Of a DNA stretch of 64,000 nucleotides, positions 1-9,830 are shown piece after piece. Every line of letters begins with the position of its first letter. Position 1 is the first letter of the stretch. The notes beneath the pieces are model-generated. The model searched no databases. It worked only from the letters and a program-made list of their open reading frames with translations, and was not told where the DNA came from. This stretch comes from Prasinococcaceae sp. CCMP 1430 (Eukaryota > Plantae > Prasinodermophyta), in the NCBI GenBank assembly GCA_013416795.1, contig RQSC01000018.1, forward strand, positions 204,053-268,052. Reading direction: 5' to 3'. Both the position numbers and the translations under genes were made by a program.

Positions 1-35
1 CATGGCTAACGCCGTGTGCAACCGCCGAGGGTGGC

Positions 36-968
36 ATGCCCGCGACGCAAGCAGGGAGCGCTGATCGCGAAGAGATGGCTCGGCATAAGGCTGAGGCAGC
101 GATGGTCGACAATGGCGGGCGTTGCCCTGACTCTGGTGTGATGGATACCGAAGAGGCTGGCTCGGCCACCGACGTAGGCCTGGGCGAGGAATTGTGCAGC
201 TGGGCGGAGATTTCTGACGCATTGCCAGGGGAGAGAGTCGCCGCGGCTGCACGCGCGCTCGCCGAGCTTCTTTGCACCCACGCCGAGGCCGTCTTCTCCG
301 AGGCGCTGCAGCTAGCGTGGCGGTCCTTGCGCGATGACAGCGTGCGAGTGTTGCTCCAGGAAGTCCTTGGTGATCATGGCCCGGACGCGGCCGTTCCTGT
401 GGTACGCTACTCGTTGAGCCATGCAGCGCGCGTGGCACTCTTGCGAGCTATGCTGCTCCCGCGCCTGCTGTCGCTGAGTGCACCTGCAGCCCGTGAGCTG
501 CAAGCCGCGGCGCTTGTGGCCGCCAGCGCTTGCCCCGCAGCCGCTGCAGACGTGCTCGTGATCAGACTGCTCTTCGCGGAGGGGTCGGGGCCCATGCAGG
601 GCGACGTCGCGGCGCGAGTCACTGCAGCCTTGCCAGCCGACGTTCGCCCTGAGCTCTTGCAAACGCTTTGCGCGCACTCCGCGGCGTGGTCGGAGCAGAC
701 GTGCACCGTGGCCTTGGCATCGCTCTCGCCGCCGCGTGCAGGAGTTTCCTCATCACACATCAGGGACATCGCCGCGGCGCTGCGAGCGTCTGTCGCAGCC
801 CGGCCGCAACTTGCGCGAACGCAGAAATTTGGCAAGTTGCTGCACGAAATCGCGACCAAGCTTGATGCAGGCCTTATTTGCGACCACAAGGGCGAGCTGA
901 TGGAGCTCGCGTCGGCCGGAAAGGGCATGCTAGCTAAGGCAGCTCTCAGCAGGCTCAAGAAGCTCTGA
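36..968 (+). CDS. FANCE: Fanconi anemia group E protein-like (FANCE C-terminal helical domain); frame is open to the window edge, so 5' may be partial
   Basis: Leu/Ala-rich helical ORF. C-terminus QKFGKLLHEIATKL...GMLAKAALSRLKKL resembles the FANCE C-terminal pattern as recalled. Confidence 0.55.
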   Translation: MPATQAGSADREEMARHKAEAAMVDNGGRCPDSGVMDTEEAGSATDVGLGEELCSWAEISDALPGERVAAAARALAELLCTHAEAVFSEALQLAWRSLRDDSVRVLLQEVLGDHGPDAAVPVVRYSLSHAARVALLRAMLLPRLLSLSAPAARELQAAALVAASACPAAAADVLVIRLLFAEGSGPMQGDVAARVTAALPADVRPELLQTLCAHSAAWSEQTCTVALASLSPPRAGVSSSHIRDIAAALRASVAARPQLARTQKFGKLLHEIATKLDAGLICDHKGELMELASAGKGMLAKAALSRLKKL

Positions 969-1090
969 GCGCCATTGTCAGACTAAAGTGGGTTCGCACA
1001 GCAGCGCCGGGCCCTGGTCATCGACTGCTTATGAAAGAATCGTTAATAGCAAAAATGGTAGTGTATATGTACAACACGCCACGGCCGTGC

Positions 1091-4000
1091 CTAGGCGAGG
1101 CTGTCCAGGCTCGCCGTGCTCGTGCTCGAGACCATGCTCGCCAGGCTCACGGTTGAGTCTGAGTTGCCGAAGCGCGACTTCTTGACGCGCTTGCCCTCGT
1201 TGGGGTCGACAATCATCTTGACGGTGCCGTCCTCCACGCGCCACACCTCGTTGCAGACGCTGTCGATGAACGCCTGGTTGTGACTAATCACGACGACGCC
1301 ACCCTTGAAGTCACGGAGCGCTTTCGTAAGAGCGGCGAGCGTGTCGTTGTCCAAGTAGTTAGTCGGCTCATCCAGGGCGATCAGGTGAGGCTTGCTCCAC
1401 ATGGCCGCCGCGAGAACCAGGCGCGAACGCTGGCCCGCCGAGAAGCGGCGGATCTTGGAGTCCGCCAGCAGCGGACCGATGCCGAAGTCGTTGAGGTGCT
1501 TACGCACCTCGTCCACAGTGATGGGGCGGATGGCCAGGCCGGACGCCTCCGCCTTCATCGTTTCGTCGTAGTTCTTGCACAGCTTGAGGACGTACGAGGC
1601 CTTGTACTTGAGGGACTGGAGGGGCTCCCAGAAGGTCTTGTCAGAGTGTCCATTCTTGGTGAGCTCGTAGAAGAGGTCCTTGCCGCGCTCCTGGCGACCC
1701 ACAACAGCATTGATCTCGGCGGGCTTTTGCCGCATCTCCTCTTCCTCCTCGGTGAGCTTGAGGAAGTCCATCTTGGCCACCTCGCGGTCCTGGCCCATGA
1801 AGAAGCGCTGCTGGATGTACACGATGGGCGAAGTGTCCAGGTTGTCCTCAAGGTGATGCATCGAGTGCTGCGCCACGTAGGACATACGCAGGTTGTGGTG
1901 CTTCCACACCTCGCCCTTGAGCGGGTCCATCTCACCAAAGAGCAACTTCATAAGCGTCGTCTTGCCCGCGCCGTTGACGCCAGTGAGCGCCAGGCGCGCC
2001 GTCCGCGTGAGCTTCACGCTGACGTCATTCAGCAGGAGCTTCTCCGGCGTGTAGCCAAAGGTCATGCCCTCCGCCTTCATCACAGGCTTCGAGCGCGTGC
2101 GCAGGCCCTCGAGCACGCCGCCATCGGGAAAGACGATCGGCAGCGCCGAGGGACGGTTCGCCTCCTCGACGCGCTTGCGCTCCGCCTCCTTGGCGGCGGC
2201 GGCCTCTTCTGCCGTGGGCGCGGCCTCGCTCTTCGCACCGGTGCCAAGCTCAGCCTTGCGCGCCTCGAGGTCCTTCTCGGCCGCGGCGTCAGCCTTCTTG
2301 GCGGCGTTCTCCACGGTGGGTAGGCCGGCGACGATCTCTGGGTTGGCGGCCTGGAAGTCGTTGAAGCCACAGTCGTGGTAGGAGAGCATCTGGTCGTGGA
2401 TGTGGATAATATTGGTGCACACGTCGTCGAGGAAGGTGTACTCGTGGGACACCACCAGCACAGTCACGCCGGGCAACTTCACCTGCAGGTACTCTGTGAG
2501 CCACGCCACAGACTTGACGTCCAGGTGGTTCGTGGGCTCGTCGAGGATGAGAAGGTCGGGCTCGTGCAGCATGGAGCGCGCGATGGCGAGCTTCATGCGC
2601 CATCCTCCCGACAGCGCCGACACGGGGCCCTCGCGCATGGCGTCGCTGAAGCCCACATCCGTGAGCGACGACACCAGCGTCTCCTCGGAGGTGCCCTTAG
2701 GCACCATACCGCGCATGAAGTTGATGACCGTGTCGTCCTTCTCGCTCAGGATTTCGTGCGCCACGTAGTAGCACTTGACGTCCGCTGGGAACCCGTTGAT
2801 GTCGCGTGCCGCCACGCGGGTGAGCAGCGTGGTCTTGCCCACGCCGTTCTGGCCCACGATGCCGTAGCGGCGGCCGCGCTCGAGTAGCAGGCTGGTGCGG
2901 CGCAGCAGCACGCGGCCGGTGAAGGCCAAAATAATGCCCTCAAGCTGCACGAGGTAGTCGCGTTTGGGGTCCGGGTGCACGTTCGACTGTGGGGAGCCCT
3001 GCGCGTCGCGCACGATCTTCTCCATTGCCTTGGCGAGCTCAGCCACTCTGGCGCTCTCCACGCCGGCGGACTTGGCGATGGGCTTGAGCGCGGCCTGCAG
3101 TGCGGACGCCACGGGCGAGAGGCGAGGCGTGCCCTCATACGCACCGCACAGCTTGGCGGCGTGCGCAGCGAGCTCGGGTGCCAGGCCCCACTCGGCGATG
3201 GCCTTGGTCGCCGCCTCCTCGATGGCGGCGACGGTCGCTTTGGCCTTGGTCTCGACCGCGTCGGCCTTGGTGTCGCCTAGGCCCTTCGTAAGCACGTCCA
3301 TGGCCACCTCGGCGGCGGCGCGCACCTCGGGCTGGTCGTGGTTGAGCGCCTTGTTGATTTCGTACGCCAGGGGCGGCGCGAAGGGTGCGATTGACGCCGG
3401 GTCCATCACGAGGTTGAAGATGTTGCTCGCGGTCTGGCACGCCTGCTTCATGATCTCGGGCTTGCGGTCGCGGAGCGAGCGCAGCATGACGGGCACCATC
3501 AACGCAAGCGAGGGTGAGTCGATGGAGTTGACGAACGTGATGTCCATGAGGCGCTCCAGGCACGCGGCCGTCTCCTTGTCGGGGCGCGTGAGCGCGCCGA
3601 CGAAGAGCTCCATGAGGGTCTGCGTCTCAGCGTTCTGCACGACGCCGCACACGGTGGGCATGGCCGCGACGGCCGCCGCGTGGACCTTGTCGTGCGTGTC
3701 GGCGACGCTGTCCATCATGGCGGGCATGACTGCCGGCAGGCTCTGCTCCATCTGCGCGGGCGCCGCTTTGGCAATGTCCTTCACCAGCTTGAGGCACCCC
3801 TCCTTGGTGCGCCACTGCTTGTCGTGCATACCTACGAGCAGCATGGGGAAGGCAAGCTTCGCCGCGGGCGCCGAGCACTTGGAGAAGAACGTCTTGCCAG
3901 CCTTCAGCGCGGCCTTGCGCGCGTCCTTGTCGGAGTCGCCCTGAGCTGCCACGAGCAGCGGGAATAGCTCGAGCGCCGCGGGTTCGAAGGCCCAGCCGAG

Positions 4001-4378
4001 CCCGCGCACGAGCCCCTCGAACGTCGCGGCCGCCGCCTCTCGTGAGCCCGCGTCCTTGCGCTCGCCGAACATGCGGCGCAGCTCGCCCACCGCGCCAGCC
4101 GCGGCCAGCGCGTCCGCGCCTGCCGACTTGGCGGTGCCTCCTACGCTGAACGCCGCCGCGCGGCGCTCCTCGGAACTCCCCACGCTCAGCGTCGCCGCGA
4201 GCTGCGCCGCGAGAGCGTCGGCCGCTGCCGCCGCGTCGAGCTCTTTGGCGGCCGCCGCCGCAGCATCGAGCGCCACGAGCGCTGCATCCCTCTCCTTCTT
4301 GCCGCCCTTGGCATCCATGGCGGCGGACGACCCCTCCTTCTGCTTGCTGTCGAAGCGGGTCCCTGTCTTAATCGCCAT
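1091..4378 (-). CDS. YEF3: Elongation factor 3-like ABC-F ATPase (HEAT repeats, two ABC domains, chromodomain-like insert)
   Basis: HEAT region with KQWRTKEGCLKLV and ITFVNSIDSPSLALMVPVMLRSL. ABC1: GQNGVGKT, LSGGWRMKLA, LDEPTNHLD. ABC2: GVNGAGKT, YVAQHSMHHL, FSAGQ, LDEPTNYLD. ATG placed at 4378 (MAIKTG). Confidence 0.92.
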   Translation of the reverse strand: MAIKTGTRFDSKQKEGSSAAMDAKGGKKERDAALVALDAAAAAAKELDAAAAADALAAQLAATLSVGSSEERRAAAFSVGGTAKSAGADALAAAGAVGELRRMFGERKDAGSREAAAATFEGLVRGLGWAFEPAALELFPLLVAAQGDSDKDARKAALKAGKTFFSKCSAPAAKLAFPMLLVGMHDKQWRTKEGCLKLVKDIAKAAPAQMEQSLPAVMPAMMDSVADTHDKVHAAAVAAMPTVCGVVQNAETQTLMELFVGALTRPDKETAACLERLMDITFVNSIDSPSLALMVPVMLRSLRDRKPEIMKQACQTASNIFNLVMDPASIAPFAPPLAYEINKALNHDQPEVRAAAEVAMDVLTKGLGDTKADAVETKAKATVAAIEEAATKAIAEWGLAPELAAHAAKLCGAYEGTPRLSPVASALQAALKPIAKSAGVESARVAELAKAMEKIVRDAQGSPQSNVHPDPKRDYLVQLEGIILAFTGRVLLRRTSLLLERGRRYGIVGQNGVGKTTLLTRVAARDINGFPADVKCYYVAHEILSEKDDTVINFMRGMVPKGTSEETLVSSLTDVGFSDAMREGPVSALSGGWRMKLAIARSMLHEPDLLILDEPTNHLDVKSVAWLTEYLQVKLPGVTVLVVSHEYTFLDDVCTNIIHIHDQMLSYHDCGFNDFQAANPEIVAGLPTVENAAKKADAAAEKDLEARKAELGTGAKSEAAPTAEEAAAAKEAERKRVEEANRPSALPIVFPDGGVLEGLRTRSKPVMKAEGMTFGYTPEKLLLNDVSVKLTRTARLALTGVNGAGKTTLMKLLFGEMDPLKGEVWKHHNLRMSYVAQHSMHHLEDNLDTSPIVYIQQRFFMGQDREVAKMDFLKLTEEEEEMRQKPAEINAVVGRQERGKDLFYELTKNGHSDKTFWEPLQSLKYKASYVLKLCKNYDETMKAEASGLAIRPITVDEVRKHLNDFGIGPLLADSKIRRFSAGQRSRLVLAAAMWSKPHLIALDEPTNYLDNDTLAALTKALRDFKGGVVVISHNQAFIDSVCNEVWRVEDGTVKMIVDPNEGKRVKKSRFGNSDSTVSLASMVSSTSTASLDSLA

Positions 4379-5954
4379 CGCCGCCGGAGGCGGAGGGGGG
4401 GGGGCGCGAGTGCGCGCGCGTCGCCCCCAGCACGCGGTGTGGCGCGCCGCGCCGCGCGAGCCCCACCCGCGCGCCCCCCGCGCCGCGGCGGCCGCGCCCG
4501 TGGCTCGCGAGGCGAGGGTTTGGGGTTTGGGTCCAAAGAAGAACCCAAACAAAATCCAGGCACCAGAACGCGAAAACACCAACCATACTACTGTGCCATG
4601 ATGGTACAGATTGGATTTGATTCGGAATTTGGATAGGCTTGCAAACCCTTCGAACTGCGGCGTGCCCTGCGTCGGTTATTACGTATTTCGATTTCCGGAA
4701 TCGGAATGGCTCCAAACAGGCTTTGTCTCTCGCGCGCGGAGAGGCGAAATGGTGCCGTCGATCGATGGCGCGCGCGCGTGCCGCGCGCGCGCGTTTTCAG
4801 ATGGTCGTGTCGATAGGGACAGTGGGAATCTCGTGCATCCATTCATGCAAGTCACGAATTGGATGACGAGGCGTTTGGCTACCTTCAGAGAAACATACCA
4901 TCCGGATGGTAGGTCCTTAAGTGTTTTCACTCTACCCCCTAAGTGTTCCTTAAGTGTTTTGACACATGTATTCAAAGACCCCAGTTGAATTTCTTCACAT
5001 GTTTTCGCACGCGCGCGCGAGAGCGCAGCGATGCGGCGGGAGCCCGGCAGCAGCGCTCGGTGTGTAGCCCGTGGGGTGGGGCGGGGCGGGGCCTGCTCGC
5101 GCGAGCCGCCGCAGCAGCCGCCGCACGCGCGCTTTTTCTGCACCGCGCCGAATTCCCGGGGACGCGAGCGCCATCCGGGGCGCAGCGCTTGCGAATCGCC
5201 ACCAATCGGCGGATTTTCAACGGGACGAATCCGGTCCGCGCTTTTCTGCGGCGCGTTCTGCTTGTGCGCGCGCCAATTCGCGGGGCGTGAAAGCGCGCGC
5301 CCGCGCGGTGCGTTCCGCTGGCGGGCGCCGCGGAAGGGCGCGCGCGAATTGGCGGACGCTCCGCAGCGCGCGTTGACTGGCCTCTGGGGGGGCTTCGCAG
5401 CGGCGTGAGGTTTGGGTTCGTGGAAGATGCGCATCTGTTGTGATGGTACTTCCTACGGTAAAGAGGGCACCATCAGATGATACCATCCTGGATGGCAAAT
5501 TATTTGGGTTCAGGGTTTGCGTAAAAAGGCTCGGCTCGCGCGCGCGCGCGCCCCCCCGTGGTGACGGGGCGCTCCTCGCGCGCGGGCCTGGGCGCGGACG
5601 CCGCGGCCGGCCGCGCGTCGCGCGCGCCGAGTGAGGCCTCGGCCGGCCGGATGGGGCCTGCTCCTCTCGCTCGCGGCCGGTGCAGGTTTAGGTTTCAGTG
5701 GTGTTGTTTGGGGTTTGATCCTCTGAGGGTTGTGTGTTCTTTTAGGTCGAGGGCGCCCCGGCCTCGGGTGTGCTCGAGCAGGCTGCCGCGGTCGTCGCGC
5801 GAGCCACAGCGCGCCCCGAGGGGCGCGCCCACCCACCGACCCGCCCACGCATCGACCACACCTCGCCTGAGCGGAGGCGGCGGCAGCGACGGCGGCGGAG
5901 CGCGGCGCCGCCGCGCTTTCTTCGCCGTTCCCAGGTGGTCCTCGAGCGAGCGCC

Positions 5955-6800
5955 ATGGAGGGCGTCGTGGAGTGTCCGTCGGGCACCGCGCGGGGCATCG
6001 CGTCGCGCTGGGCGTCGAGTGGGCCGCCCTGTGGCGGGCGATGCATGGCCAGCCATGGCGTGCCGGGGTTCTGTTGGTGCACGCTGTCGACGGAGGCGCG
6101 CGCGGCGTTCGCAACAGGGAGCGCAGGGCTGGTCTCCGGGGGCGCGTCACCGCCTCCGTGGCCCGCCTCCAGCTTGCCGCTCGCTGCGCAGGTGCAGGAA
6201 CGCAGTGACGCGAACGTGCTGCCACCGACGCCCGCGGCCGAGCGTCACGACGCCGGGCCTGATGGCCGCGCCGGTGCGAGCGGGCGCCGCCTTTGCGTGC
6301 GCCTGTGGTGCGATGAGAGCCTCGCGCCGAGCAGCGACGGCACCCATACTCCCGGGACCAACACGCGCAGCCAGGGCAGGGTGCCACACGAGCATTCGCG
6401 AGGCGCTGCGAGGGTGGCGCTCGCGCCCTTGGCTGAGCCGGTGCCGCTCTCGCAGACCCTCGGCCCAGAGCAGCAGGGCCAATCTGTCGAGCATTGCGCG
6501 CCCGTGGAGGAAGAAAGGCCAGCGGGGCCGCGCCGTGCGCCCAGGCGGCGCAGACCGAAAGTTCCGCCGTGGCAGCGCTGGCGGTGCTCCGGCTGCTCTC
6601 GCGCGCTGCCTGAGGGCCACTCCGGCTGTCCGTATGCAGCAGCGCGCTCCTTCGACCTGGACCCACGCTACGGCCCGGCGAGTGGCCTGACGCGCCGCGA
6701 GCGCCACGCTCGCGCGCTCGGGCTCGGGCTCAAGCCGCCGGCGCTGTCGGATGAGGCGCTCTCGTACCCACCCACGGGCGCGGCCACGCGGTGGCTGTGA
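5955..6800 (+). CDS. POLD4: DNA polymerase delta subunit 4 (p12)-like; conserved part ~6640-6800, 5' exon structure uncertain
   Basis: RSFDLDPRYGPASGLTRRERHARALGLGLKPP matches the POLD4 core FDLxxxYGPxxGxTRxxRxxRAxxLGLxPP. Confidence 0.7.
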   Translation: MEGVVECPSGTARGIASRWASSGPPCGGRCMASHGVPGFCWCTLSTEARAAFATGSAGLVSGGASPPPWPASSLPLAAQVQERSDANVLPPTPAAERHDAGPDGRAGASGRRLCVRLWCDESLAPSSDGTHTPGTNTRSQGRVPHEHSRGAARVALAPLAEPVPLSQTLGPEQQGQSVEHCAPVEEERPAGPRRAPRRRRPKVPPWQRWRCSGCSRALPEGHSGCPYAAARSFDLDPRYGPASGLTRRERHARALGLGLKPPALSDEALSYPPTGAATRWL

Positions 6801-6963
6801 AGGAGACGCGCGTCAGAGCACGCAGACATGTACTGTATCCTTATTGTATTTTTTTTAGCCGGTGTTCTATTTTGCATTCTTGCAGCGATTGCGTACGATG
6901 GACGGTGGCTGCACGGGCGGCGCACGTGAGTTGTTGAGCTTTCCCGCACGTGGGCAGGCTTAA

Positions 6964-6983
6964 CACACACACACACACACACA
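6964..6983 (+). repeat. (CA)n microsatellite
   Basis: Direct reading of the acacac run between the convergent POLD4 and MCAT 3' ends. Confidence 0.9.
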
Positions 6984-7031
6984 CTCCCCTGCTGCGTGTG
7001 CCCCGCCGGTGCGAGCAGCCGGCGAGCGTGC

Positions 7032-9305
7032 CTACACCTTGACGTTGGTGAAAGTCTTCCAAACGGCAGGATCGATGCGCTTAGTCATGGCCTTCACCTG
7101 CTGCCCGGGGCCGAGCTCGAAGAGCTCGTTCTTGCCCTTGCCGATGAGGGTCTTGACCGTGCTCTCCCAGAGCACAGGCTCGACCAGTTGCCGCTTGAGG
7201 AAGGCCTTAATGTCCTCGGCCTTCTCAAAGGGCATGGCGGTGACGTTGGAGTACACGGGAATCCGCGGGTCTTTGATGGTGACCTCGTCGAGCACCTTCG
7301 CGAGCGCCTCCGAGGCTGGCTGCATGAGCGGTGTGTGGAAGGCGCCCGACACGGCCACCTTCTGCGCCTTGAGGGCACCCTTGGCCGTCGCGAGCTTCTG
7401 TGCCTCGTCCAGGCACACGTGATGGCCGCTCACCACGCGACCCTGCGGGAACAGCAGGTTGGCCACCTGGCACGTCTTGCCAGGCATCTTCTCTCGCACC
7501 GCCTTGCACACCGACTCGATCTCCGCATCGCCCAGGCCGACCACGCTAAGCATGCCGTGAGGGTCGCCGGACTCGGCCGCGGCGGCCATGCCCTCTGCGC
7601 GCACCTTCACCACCTTGATCGCGTCGTCGAATGACATCGCGCCGGCGAACACGAGTGCGGTGTACTCGCCGAGCGACAGGCCTGCCGTGCAGGAGCACTG
7701 CTCCACCTTCTGCGGGTCCTCGTTGCGCAGCTTCTCAACCGCCGCCAGCCCGCCAACGAAAAGCGCTGGCTGCGAGTGCACGGTATTGTCGATCTTCTCC
7801 TTGGGGCCATTTAAGCACACGTCCAGAAGGTCGTAGCCGAGCACCTTGGAGGCCTTCTCGAACATCTCTTTCACAGCGGGGATGTCGGCGACGTCCTTGC
7901 ACATGCCCACAGCCTGCGAGCCCTGCCCGGGGAAGAGGAAGGCCACGGGCGTCTGCGGCGCTGCAGCGGCCGCCGCCTCAGCACTCGTGAGGCCCGCCAT
8001 GGCGGCCGCCTCTGCGGTCGACAGCCCCATGGCCTTCGCCTTCTTCAGCGCCTTAGCCTTTGCCTTCTCCTTCTCGCACTTGTCGCGCCACGCGATTTCC
8101 GGGTACGGGTGCTGGTAGTCATAGTCCCACGCCTTGACCGTTTCAAGGCTGTAGTCGTACAGCGTCCACCAGCAGCCGATGTCCGGGTGCGGACGGCGGA
8201 CCTTCGGGACATGGGCGTACTTCTTCTCGAGCGCCAGAATGCGCGTGCGCACGTCCTCATCGTCCATCGCGACGTCAATGGGCAGCTTCTCGCCCGGGTC
8301 CAGATACGGGTCGTATTCGATCGTCCTCAGCGTGGTGTCAGCACCCTGTGACAAAAGGTACTCGTAGATCTCCGGGTATCCGTCGTGGTGGAACAGGTAG
8401 GCTGCGCGGTGAAGCGGGGTCATGCCCTTGTTGTCCTGCTGGTTGACCTCCGCACCCATCTCGAGCAGGTGGGCAATCATGTCGAGTTGCTTGTAAGTCG
8501 TCGCGAAGTGGATCGGCGCGCCCGCCCCATTGTCCTGAGTGACGTAGTACGGGTCCGTCTTCATGACCTGCGGGTGGGCGAGGGCGCGCCCGAAGGGAAA
8601 TGGATGCAGCGCGGTGCACGACAGCGCGTGTGCGCGCGAGCGCGCATGCGTGTGTGTGCGTGTGTGTGGACGGGGTGGGGCAACGCGACCATGCGTCCGC
8701 GAGCGGCGAGAGTATGGCGTACGAGCAAGCAGGCAGGGGAGCGTCAGAGCGCGCCCCTTCGCCCGCGCTGGCGAGGGCGTCGCTGAGGCGCTGCGCGCCG
8801 GCGCGCGCACACTCCCATTGCCAACGCCCGCCGCGCCCCGCATCGCACGCCGCACGCAGGCGGGCAGGCGGGCAGGCGGGCCTCGCACACCTCCCACGAC
8901 CGTGCCGGCGCGCCAACGGGGGCGGCCGTTTTTTTTTCTTTCTTTTTTTCGAGTGGGCACCTCTTCGTCCGCCCGCGGCGGCGAGCGGCACCGAGCTCCG
9001 CGGCGCGGCGCAGCACGGCGCCGCGCGGCGGGGGTTGAGAGAGAGGCGGGATGGTGGTGACGCGCGCCTACGCACCACCTCGAGCTGCTCGGGGTTGCCG
9101 AGGCGGACGCAACTGTAGAAGGCAAATGGGGGGTACTTTGGCTGTGGCGGGAAGCTGAGAGGCGGGGGGCGTCAGCACAGCCGTCGCGGGCACGGAAAAA
9201 CGGACCGTGCCCCTTCGCGCGCGCGCGCGCGCGTGCCGCCGCCGCTGCCTGCCTCTCGCGCGGGCGTGGGCGCGACGAGCCGCAGCCAGTCAGGTCGCGA
9301 GGCAT
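7032..9305 (-). CDS. MCAT: Ankyrin-repeat / malonyl-CoA:ACP transacylase fusion (main exon 8567-7032, small exon ~9145-9077, probable first exon from ATG 9305)
   Basis: MCAT motifs FLFPGQGSQ, QPALF, AGLSLGEY, VSGAFHT, PVYSNVTA, ELGPG. Ankyrin motifs APIHFA and QQDNKGMTPLHRAA. Acceptor ccgcag precedes VMKTDP. The upstream exon FPPQPKYPPFAFYSCVRLGNPEQLEV ends at a gtgcgt donor. Confidence 0.88.
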   Translation of the reverse strand: MPRDLTGCGSSRPRPRERQAAAAARARARAKGHGPFFRARDGCADAPRLSASRHSQSTPHLPSTVASASATPSSSRWCVGARHHHPASLSTPAARRRAAPRRGARCRSPPRADEEVPTRKKERKKNGRPRWRAGTVVGGVRGPPARLPACVRRAMRGAAGVGNGSVRAPARSASATPSPARAKGRALTLPCLLARTPYSRRSRTHGRVAPPRPHTRTHTHARSRAHALSCTALHPFPFGRALAHPQVMKTDPYYVTQDNGAGAPIHFATTYKQLDMIAHLLEMGAEVNQQDNKGMTPLHRAAYLFHHDGYPEIYEYLLSQGADTTLRTIEYDPYLDPGEKLPIDVAMDDEDVRTRILALEKKYAHVPKVRRPHPDIGCWWTLYDYSLETVKAWDYDYQHPYPEIAWRDKCEKEKAKAKALKKAKAMGLSTAEAAAMAGLTSAEAAAAAAPQTPVAFLFPGQGSQAVGMCKDVADIPAVKEMFEKASKVLGYDLLDVCLNGPKEKIDNTVHSQPALFVGGLAAVEKLRNEDPQKVEQCSCTAGLSLGEYTALVFAGAMSFDDAIKVVKVRAEGMAAAAESGDPHGMLSVVGLGDAEIESVCKAVREKMPGKTCQVANLLFPQGRVVSGHHVCLDEAQKLATAKGALKAQKVAVSGAFHTPLMQPASEALAKVLDEVTIKDPRIPVYSNVTAMPFEKAEDIKAFLKRQLVEPVLWESTVKTLIGKGKNELFELGPGQQVKAMTKRIDPAVWKTFTNVKV

Positions 9306-9830
9306 GGCTGCCAGTGCGCGGTGGCGGACCCTGCCCGCGAGCGAGTGCTGGCGCTCGCGTGCCGCGCTCGCGCTGTGGCGCGCGGCGCGCTCGCCCCGTC
9401 CTGCGCCCGCGCAGCCAGTGCCAATTCGGGGGGAGACGATCAGGCACACACCACACAAGCAAATTCTTACGCCGTCATAGTTTTTCCGAATTGCGTCTCA
9501 ATCGCGGTTATTGCATTTTGAAACTGCGTTGTTCGAAGCGAGGAACAACAGAAGAGCTGGACAGTGCACGCCGGCACGACTCGCGCGCGGTGGCCCTCGA
9601 GGATGCGAGCAAGCGGCGAGAAACGGGGGCTTTTACGGTGCGCCCAGCTGCGCCTCGCGCTGCACCTCCCGCGAGCGGGTCTAGTCGCACGATCTTATCG
9701 CAGTGTTCGGTGTGCGCAAAGGCCAGGCATGGCTGGAGGGATGGGCAGAGGAAGTGCCGTGCGCTCGCACCATGCCGTGCTGGCCCGCCTGCAGTTGGGG
9801 GATTTGCACGCATCTCGTGGGCTCCGTGTG

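Noticed and set aside
9146-9285. Possible non-canonical donor (CTGCGG or GC) for the first MCAT intron
   Set aside because: Several alternative boundaries or a single-base error fit equally well. It cannot be resolved without transcripts.
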